Virus record (IMG/VR): IMGVR_UViG_3300020044_001295
Location: 1 to 29,706 of that record
Length of the DNA: 29,706 bases
Strand: one strand, 5' to 3'
Source of the DNA: a virus
Lineage: Duplodnaviria > Caudoviricetes
Made by a program: the position numbers and the translations under genes
In this document: positions 7,352-15,600 of the stretch, in pieces
Position numbering within the stretch: position 1 is the first letter of the stretch
Layout of the letters: each line of letters begins with the position of its first letter
The notes under the pieces: model-generated
What the model saw: only the letters and a program-made list of their open reading frames with translations
Told to the model about the DNA's origin: nothing
Databases searched by the model: none

Positions 7352-7598
7352 AGCATTACGCCTTGCATTGGAGGCGTTGACAAACGCATATTGGCCTACT
7401 GATTCTGATTTATTGCCAGCGCACAACATTAAAGAATGTGTAGAAGCCATAACCGCCATTAAAGCCGCACTAGAGGCGAAGGATGAGCCTGTGCAAGTAT
7501 CGCCATTACAGTTTGTTGAGATGGTGATGGAAAAGGAACACTTGGTCGGCAAGCCAATATTCTGGGCTGAGTGGCCTAACAAGGAGAAGAACACATGA
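7332..7598 (+). CDS. Hypothetical phage protein (EALRLALEAL type)
   Basis: AAGGAG RBS then ATGATGATG; ends KEKNT. Confidence 0.7.
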   Translation: MMMTQTEALRLALEALTNAYWPTDSDLLPAHNIKECVEAITAIKAALEAKDEPVQVSPLQFVEMVMEKEHLVGKPIFWAEWPNKEKNT

Positions 7599-7777
7599 AG
7601 AAAAAAAATGATGGTTATGAATACAAAACATATGACATGGCAAGATTTCACATACCTGAAGGTTTGTATTCCATAGAAGATGTTGAAAAAATGCTCATTC
7701 ACATGAAAAAAACAAAACAAAAAACAGAAGCATACCTTGCAAAAACCTTAGAGCCAATCAAGGAGAAGAACACATGA
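7595..7777 (+). CDS. Hypothetical protein (AT-rich cassette)
   Basis: Flanked by identical 20-nt junction repeats. Confidence 0.7.
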   Translation: MKKKNDGYEYKTYDMARFHIPEGLYSIEDVEKMLIHMKKTKQKTEAYLAKTLEPIKEKNT

Positions 7778-7962
7778 AATACTCACAATCCAAACCGCTT
7801 GTGGAAGAGTTGATAAACCTTGCAATACTGTTTCATGGAAGCCCAACCATGTTACGTACCAAGATAGCTGACGTAATTGACAAGTACATCCCCGACCTTG
7901 ACCCCGCTTGTATGGAGCGGGGTTGTACGGCCATCGATGACTTTAAGGAGAAGAGCACATGA
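7774..7962 (+). CDS. Hypothetical protein
   Basis: Flanked by junction repeats; ATGA coupling. Confidence 0.7.
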   Translation: MKYSQSKPLVEELINLAILFHGSPTMLRTKIADVIDKYIPDLDPACMERGCTAIDDFKEKST

Positions 7963-8219
7963 GCAAAGGATTCCTTGACGATATACCGATCTACAACACT
8001 GCCCGTGACAAGGCGTGGGAGGCGTTTATCAAGCGCAAGGATGTAAAGCATTTGGTGAAGCATGGCCTATTTGATAAGGGCTTTCCACTGTATGGTGGCT
8101 ACTACGAACTGTGGTGTCAAGCTTGGAGTCGCGCTTGGGAAAGCGGGTTTAAAGATGGCTACGACTCAGGCTGGGCTTCATGTGACTTATTAACAAAGAA
8201 AACCAAGGGGAAGAAATGA
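7959..8219 (+). CDS. Hypothetical protein
   Basis: 86 aa, Trp-rich; ATGA coupling. Confidence 0.7.
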   Translation: MSKGFLDDIPIYNTARDKAWEAFIKRKDVKHLVKHGLFDKGFPLYGGYYELWCQAWSRAWESGFKDGYDSGWASCDLLTKKTKGKK

Positions 8220-8452
8220 GAACTCACACACCCGAAGACGTAAAAAAGATTGAATCTAATTATGCTTTAAACGTATGGGAGCGGGCGCTGGGGTGGCGCA
8301 AGCGGCAGATGATCATCAAACAACTTGATCCTGTAACCAACCAAATTAGAAACAATGTCTTGGAAGAAGTGGCCAAGGAGTTTGACCAAATGAAAAACGG
8401 TGGCGACACCTCGGCAAGTTTTGCCGCCTACGTAAGAGGTATGAAGAAATGA
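8216..8452 (+). CDS. Hypothetical phage protein
   Basis: RNNVLEEVAKEF...GDTSASFAAYVRGMK; ATGA coupling. Confidence 0.7.
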   Translation: MRTHTPEDVKKIESNYALNVWERALGWRKRQMIIKQLDPVTNQIRNNVLEEVAKEFDQMKNGGDTSASFAAYVRGMKK

Positions 8453-8631
8453 ACGGGTTTGCACAGCAACAGCTTGAGATCGGTAGCAAGCAACCAACAC
8501 ACAAGTTTAAACACTGCGATAAATGCGCAGCCAGCAAACCACCGGAGGGTGGTATTCAGATGAATCCTACCAAGTGGTACTGCGCCCCTTGTTGGGCGTT
8601 ACGAGCTTCAAGAAGACCAAAGAATTCCTAG
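8449..8631 (+). CDS. Small Zn-ribbon protein
   Basis: CDKC...KPPEGG...WYCAPC. Confidence 0.7.
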   Translation: MNGFAQQQLEIGSKQPTHKFKHCDKCAASKPPEGGIQMNPTKWYCAPCWALRASRRPKNS

Positions 8632-8751
8632 CCAAGTGTCGGTTTATTGTTGCTTGTACTAGCCTTGTAGATGTGACTGTAGAGCAGCGGAATTTGAAGG
8701 ACTTGGCTATGCGTTTTTACGACCTTCTTATTCTATATTCCAAACTATGAC

Positions 8752-8792
8752 GGGGGGCATAGACGAATCTACTAACCCCCCACTTTATTTTT
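8752..8792 (+). terminator. Hairpin plus T-rich tract (possible terminator or processing site)
   Basis: GGGGGG(8752-8757)...TAGA-CGAA-TCTA...CCCCCC(8776-8781) followed by ACTTTATTTTT. Confidence 0.4.
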
Positions 8793-8802
8793 AAGGAAAA
8801 GA

Positions 8803-8991
8803 ATGCCTAGACCAAAACCACCATCACCACTCAAAGGCCGCAACATGCGGATGTCTGATGTTGAGTGGCTCATGTTTTTAGAACTTGGCGGGGCTGATTG
8901 GCTCCGCAAGTATGTAAAGAAGAAAGCAAAGTTCCCAGCTCAGTACTATGAGCTTAAACAAAAGGAAAATGATGATTCAACGAGCAGATGA
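8803..8991 (+). CDS. Small putative DNA-binding protein (RHH-like)
   Basis: MPRPKP...RNMRMSDVEW...LGGADWLRKYV; AAGGA RBS. Confidence 0.6.
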   Translation: MPRPKPPSPLKGRNMRMSDVEWLMFLELGGADWLRKYVKKKAKFPAQYYELKQKENDDSTSR

Positions 8992-9202
8992 TTACCAAAT
9001 TGATGGCCGCCATTACAAAGACATGGAGATGCAACCGTGGAATGTAATGGAGGCAGTACTTACACCCGAAGAGTTTGTTGGGTTTCTTAAAGGAAACATC
9101 ATCAAATACGCCATGCGATCAGGACACAAAGAAGGCTCTCACGATTCCGAGAAAGCCCGTCACTATGCGCAAAAACTTGCAGAGTTTCAGGCTCTACTAT
9201 GA
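8969..9202 (+). CDS. DUF3310 (SaV-like) protein
   Basis: QIDGRHYK...QPW...GFLKGNIIKYAMRSGHK...DSEKARHY. Confidence 0.85.
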   Translation: MMIQRADDYQIDGRHYKDMEMQPWNVMEAVLTPEEFVGFLKGNIIKYAMRSGHKEGSHDSEKARHYAQKLAEFQALL

Positions 9203-9408
9203 CTGAGTGTAAACGCGAGTACTGCGAATTCATCGGCAGCAAAGCCTTTGAGGACGACAACGGATGGAGTTATGAAGTTTGGGAGGCAGCCCAACAGGCT
9301 GCGTTTAAACGTATAGCTACAAGGTTTGCCGGTTACAAAGACATCGACTATACGGGTCATGAGATAGCCCGATACGTCAACTACTTGGCTAAACAAGATG
9401 TACCGTAA
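9199..9408 (+). CDS. Hypothetical protein
   Basis: ATGA-coupled 69-aa ORF. Confidence 0.65.
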   Translation: MTECKREYCEFIGSKAFEDDNGWSYEVWEAAQQAAFKRIATRFAGYKDIDYTGHEIARYVNYLAKQDVP

Positions 9409-9685
9409 TAAGAAGCTACTTGAGATTGTTCGGGAATCACCCTGTCAGATCTGCGGGGCGCAGGATGGCACGGTGGTAGCCGCTCATTCCAACCAACAGC
9501 GCGACGGCAAAGGCATGGGACTCAAAGCCCACGACTACCGTATTGCGGCCTTGTGCTTTAAGTGCCACGCAGATATTGACCAAGGAAAAACCCTAAGCAA
9601 GCAACAGAAGTTTAAAGCTTGGGATGAAGCCCATCGGAGAACCATTGGATGGCTCTTCGAGAGGGGTCATCTTAGTTTGACTTAG
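9398..9685 (+). CDS. DUF1364/DUF968-like Zn-binding HNH-fold nuclease
   Basis: PCQICG...VVAAHSN...GKGMGLKAHD...ALCFKCHADID. Confidence 0.8.
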   Translation: MYRNKKLLEIVRESPCQICGAQDGTVVAAHSNQQRDGKGMGLKAHDYRIAALCFKCHADIDQGKTLSKQQKFKAWDEAHRRTIGWLFERGHLSLT

Positions 9686-12600
9686 AGATCTCTTTCTTAA
9701 AGAGTTTGATCTGAGATGTCAGTTGATTCTGCGCCTCAGTCAGCTCGTTAATTGCATCACGCTTCTCTGCGCCTGACATATCAGAACTACGCACCTGTAC
9801 CAACGCCTCACGCAGACCTTTCATCTCGGACTCAATAGCCTTGACATAGTCTTGGGCGGCAAACATCGGGGCATTCTTAGTCATGTATGCTTCAATGTCT
9901 TCTACTTTGCCCGTGCGCTCTAACAGATTAACTGTCCGGACAACTTCATCCACAGAGTTCTTTAGGTCATAGTACGCAGACACTGTACCCTTGGCCGCTT
10001 TGTCTACCGCAAATCTCTTGATGACAGGCATTTGCTCAAAGCGTTTGTCTGCTTTGGGTGATGCGTCGTTAGAGCTGAGGATAGAGTCAATCGCATCCAC
10101 AAGGTACATACCCATCGTTCCCGTGTAGCCTTGGATGACGTGATCAACCTTCATGGGGGATACACCTAGATTATTGCCAATCGCCTGCGCAATCTTTGTT
10201 GTACTTGGCCCAACTTGGTACTCAGGGGCTACGCCCTCCATGCCTTGACCAACGATAGGTCTGCCGGTAAAGAACGAGTAGTTTGTACGAGCCTCTTCCA
10301 ACGGCAGGAAGGTTTGAGGTATAGGGTTAAACGCAAATGTTGATTGCAGCGCACGACCCATCGCCTGCGACAAGTCCTTACCCGTGTCATCGCCAAACGA
10401 GTATTCAAGGATACGTTCAGGTATGACTTTAAACAGCACACCCACCTCAAACGGGATAGGTACACGGACACCCGCAGATGGGAGGATCCAATTGTTATCG
10501 CGCACCTCTTGCTCTTGACGCTTGTACTCTTCGTCATCGTGAGTGAGCATCCAATACATGGATGTCAGGGCTGTCAGAGTTGCACCACGGATGAAGAAAG
10601 TCTTTTGCAAGGCTTTCTGTTGGTCTGTAGGACTCTCTCCAAACATAAACTTGCGGATTGTTGGGCTGATACCGGCACGGTAGAACACATCCAAGCCCTG
10701 CATGCGAGCGTTCAAGAACGGCACGGCGGCAGTCAGAATGCGAACGACTGCCAAGTTACCCTTGCGGTTAAAGTTCATCACTTCCATCGCACGGAAGATA
10801 GCTTCGGCTTCGTTGCCTGTACGATCCATGACGGACTTATAAACTGCCATACGAGTGGCCGCATCAGATGCCTCAGTGCCCTTCTCCAAGCCTTCCCACA
10901 GGGAATTGAATGGACGCAGACCCTTCTCCACACCCGTCTGTGTGCCTGTCGCTCTACGCAGTCTCTTGCCAATCAAATCACCGCTGGTCTCTACGTCCTG
11001 AGCAAACTCATAACCACCGATGACACCGGCTCTCTTTAGGGCTAGGAAAGCGGGGTCTTTACCACCAATCGCAGACGCAAAGTTGGAGATGGTTGAGGCC
11101 ACGGGGGTCATCTTATGACCGCTAGTCACCCATGCAGACAGGGAGTCACGCATCAAGTTAGCCATCATAAAGCCGGGGTCTTTGGTCACCAAGTTACGCA
11201 GTGCATTTGCAGGCGCAGACAGGATGCTTAGGAACGGCAACTCAGGTATGTTTAAACTCTTAACAGCGTCAACAAACAACTGATCGGCAACTTCGTATGA
11301 AACGGGCTTGCCGTTCTCCAAAACCGTCACAGTTCCGGGACGGGCGGTTACCTTGTCTAAACGCTCAGCTTCTTTAAGTTGGACGGCAATACCAACCGCT
11401 CTTTGAGCGGCAGTGTTCTTCATACCGGCTTGTACTGCGGCCTGAGTATTACGTACAAGGGTTTCAAGGAAGTCAGCCAACGGGGCTTCTTGCTCTTCCT
11501 TAATACCTTTAAGCTTCTTGGGTGGTTTAACACCGGAGATGCTTTGGAAAATCTTAGGGCCAAGGGTATCTTGACCTTCAAACTGACGGTAGAAAGGAAT
11601 GTAGTCTGCGTACTTGGTGTACTCAGCGGCACGTTCAGGCGACAGAACACCTGTGGCAACTTGATAGGCTACAAGCCCGTCGTTGTACTTGATCCAATCC
11701 TTTTGAACCTGTTCAAACATCGGATACTTCTTCTCTAACTCTTTGGCGTAAGCAATCTCGGCAGGGCTGTAAGTGTGGTCACGGCCACTAGCTAACAGAC
11801 GTGTACCGCGTTTAGCACCCGCCCAAAACTGATACGTTTGGTAGATACGGGGGTCGCCTACTTCAGCCAAAGGCTTAAGGATTTCCATCAATCCCTTAAC
11901 AGATGTGTCGATGGTTGTGTAGCCGTTCTTAAAGACGGGGATACCACCTTCTCCGCTCATACCGATGGCTTGAGCCGCAATCGCATTAGCGTTGTCAGAC
12001 ATCAAAGCCGCAGACTCTGCGCTTGCATCAGCTAGGAGGGCGGGGCCACCCATCTGCTCAGCGAGACGCTTGTCATATGTGCTTAAACGCTCATAACGGT
12101 TGAGCCATTGCTGGCGCAGCGCATCCACAGTGTCAGGTGTAAACGCTTGGAAGATGCGTTCAATGAAGCCCTTCTGCTCCCGCTTGGTTGTCAGGCGGTC
12201 AATACTTGCGTTTAAAGCAACACCGTTTGGCAGCTTGCTAATCTCGTCCTCAACATTACGTACGCTAAAACGTACGTCTTCTTTGTTGGCATACATCTGA
12301 CGCAGAAGAGGTTCGTTTTTGTTAGTGATCGGCGTGGGATTAACAAACGCTGTACGGAAGCCCCAATCATCACGCATCTCATCAGAGTATTTCTGAGGAG
12401 CAAGAGCGGTAGGCAGTGGCTTATCAGATGGGTTGTAGCGACGGACAATGACAGCGGTACGCTCTACGCCCTGCTTCATTAACTCAAGCATACGGTTACG
12501 ACCTTCATGCCCAATGATCCGACCGTCATCATCAACGATCAAGTACATGGAGCCTTCTTGTCCCAAATTGGGAGCGCCATATTTAGTCTGTTGCTTAGCC

Positions 12601-15600
12601 ATGTACTCTTGGTACTCGCGGCTATTGACTGCGTCTAAGAAGTCCTGTGGACGCATCCATGTAATGCCAGCAGATACTTTGCCATCATTGCGGGCGTACT
12701 CATTAACCACCCTATCTAAACGCTCATCGGTCATTGCGCCGCGTAGGCTGTAACGAATGTCAGGATTGGCGCGGCTGTATGCGCCTGTGTTGCCAATCGC
12801 AGACTTGATTTGGTAGGGATTGAATACAACCGCCTCCCACACCTTGTCTCCAAGCATACTGACCAAGCCGTCGTGGCCTTCAGCAATTGCTTGATTGGTA
12901 ATGTATTCTGCGGCTTCATCACGGCTCATCTTGGAGCCGTCGGCAGGCCTAACCTTGAAGATATCGGTATCGATAACTTTTGGGTTAACCATACGGACAT
13001 AGATTGGCATAACGTTGCCGCCATCCGGCCCCATAGTTTCGCCAAATTTACCGTAGCCACCGGTGTACTGCTTGGTGCGGTCGGGGTCTTCAGTTACGTA
13101 GATGCCACGGCCAAATGTACCGTTGCCAACCTTAAAGGTATCAACATCGCTCTTAGTGCCGTGGTACAGAACTTTAGGCGTGCCGTCTGCATTGACAAAC
13201 TTGCTGCCGCTAAACCAACGTTTAAACTCAGGTGTGTCAGGTGCTTCGCGTAGGCTGTAACGGACATCAGGATTGCTGATGTCGTATGTGCCTACGTTGC
13301 CGATGGCAGATTTAACCTGCGTAGGTTTGTAGACCGCGAGGTTCTTGCGGCTATCTTCTTTAACATAGAAGGAGTCAAAACCCAACTGCTTGATAGCATC
13401 TTGGTAGTCGGGAAGTTCTAGGATTTCCCAATCGCCATTCTTGGTTTTTGTTTCAATCGATGTACCCTCCCAAGGAATCAAAGGGTATCGCTTGTCTAGC
13501 AATAACTTGACGTGCTCGGGGTTCTCATAATCAAACGGATTCTCTGCCTTGACATACACAGGCATGATGTTAGGGCCGGAGGGAAGCATAGGCTTGTACG
13601 CCTTACGCAGATATTCCTTGGCCTCAGCCGTTGGTTTATCAGCCTTGATGCTGTCAATCATTTCCTTGCCTTCAGGCATAGACTTGTAGTCTTTGCGGAT
13701 GGCGGCAATCGCTTCCTTCTGACCTTGAGCCATTTGAGCTTCAGTCAATACTTGACGGGCGTTATTAGCAGATTCAATAACGCTGTCAATCGCAAAGCGA
13801 CGGGCAAATGTTGGGTCATCGGTCAAGAAGATAGGAGCGCCACGACCCGTCTTGCGTTCAAACGATGTAACGTCCTTGTCTGTGCCGTGGTACATCATCT
13901 TAGGTGTACCGTCTTCGTTGACGATCGTGCTGCTGCCAAACCACTGTTTAAACTCAGGGGTATCAGGAGCCTCACGCAGGCTGAACTTTGGAGTAACCAA
14001 TGCATCGTAGTTGCTCCAACGTCCGTCACGGTTGGCAAACGAGAACATGGAGGCGGCAGTGATGTCTGAGTCGGGGAACTCAGATTCAAATGCATTTTCA
14101 TAGCTGCGCAACGCACGACCATCTTGCATCTTTAAACGCTGCTTGTCTTTGCCTTCGTAACGTCCGACTTGAGCATCTGCATCAAGAACAGATTGATTGG
14201 TCTCAATGTACTTTTGCAACTTGTCCATCAGCTCGGGACTGAATTGATCAAGTAATGCTTGACGCTCTTGACCGTCTTTGATCAGCTCTTCCTGTGCGGG
14301 TGTGCGCAGGCTGAACTTTGCGCTTGGCGTGGCGCTCACACCGTTTTTGTCAGTAACTTCAACGTAGGAGTCGGAATATCCTTCGCCAAGAAGGTTGACT
14401 TCAACGTCAGAAGCGCCGTCTAGAACGGCTTTAACATATCTATGATTGCCATCCACAACTAACAGATGACCATCAGACTGAAGCCAAACGTCTACGGCTC
14501 CTGTGGATTTTGAGTATCTAGAACGTTTAAAGTTTTCAAGAACTCCATCAAGCGTCTGCTTAGGGATGGACAACATCTCAATAGGAATTGAGGTGGTTGA
14601 ATCATTCATCCAAGCATCACGTAACTGACTCTTGACGGCATCAGGCAACACTTGTGGCTTGCCTGAAAACGCCTGCTTTTCGGGAGCCTCACGCAAGCTC
14701 ATCTTGGCAATAGGGATAACCTTCTTGGAAGATTTAAACCCAAACTGCGCTTGATCCAAGATGGTTACAGACTTGCCGTCTTGCTTGGGGTCGTACTCAA
14801 CGAAGAAGCCGTCAGTTTCTTTGGCCGCAGTCTTCTCCTTCAAGGTAGAAGCTTTATTCCGCAGCCCGATGATCATGCCCTGTTTAAACAGATTGCCTTC
14901 TTCGCCGGGTTTTGGGTCTAAGAACCGGGCATCGTAGTTGTCACCGTCCCAAACTTGGTACGTCTTGCCGGTTTCTTCATCTACGACTGTGTCGGGTAAG
15001 GCGCTCTTACTAGAGAACGCCATAGCCACGTTGTCGCCACGATCCAAGCGACCACGCATGGAGTTCCAATTGTTGGTCTTGTGGGAAACCTTCTCGCCAT
15101 CAATGATCTGACCCACACCTGTAGAGCTATATGTCAAGTGGTGGTTGTCAGCAACCTTGTCACCGTTCATTTTTGTGTAGTCATAAAACATCGTGTCAGG
15201 ATGTGCTTCAAAGATAGGAAGCCACATCTTTGGACGGAAGTCTGATGTAACGTTTAAACGGATAGCAGGCTGGTAGACTTCTTTCTCAAGCGTGTCCATA
15301 GCCCCTGTGTCTTTGTTCTTCTTGCGCTCAGTTTCCTTGGCAGACCACTTCTCAAACATAGAGATCTCGTGGCTCAACAAAACCGCAAACTCTTCAGGAT
15401 GAACAACCAACGCCTCGGTCTTGAGGTACTGCATCATGCGTGGGCCTGCACGGAATGAACTCTTAGAGATGCCTTGAGCATCTTCGGAAGCCGCACCACC
15501 ATACAGGAAGTTACCACCGGATGTTTCGCCAAGGCACAAGCCCTCGCAAATCGCAGACTGTGGGCATGAGCTAATCTTTTCAGTGATCTGCTGGGCAGAA

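Larger units (their letters stand above)
7580..7962 (+). repeat. Gene-junction direct repeats CAAGGAGAAGAACACATGAA (7580-7599, 7759-7778; variant 7945-7962)
   Basis: Read directly; each copy comprises an RBS, the KEKNT/KEKST C-terminus and an ATGA stop/start overlap. Confidence 0.9.

Noticed and set aside
6953-7720. 255-aa minus-strand ORF
   Set aside because: Antisense shadow of several well-coupled plus-strand genes with RBSs; no protein-like motifs.
7580-7962. Regularly spaced 18-20-nt repeats as a mini CRISPR array
   Set aside because: Spacers are ~160-165 nt and are complete ORFs; the repeats are RBS/stop-start junctions.
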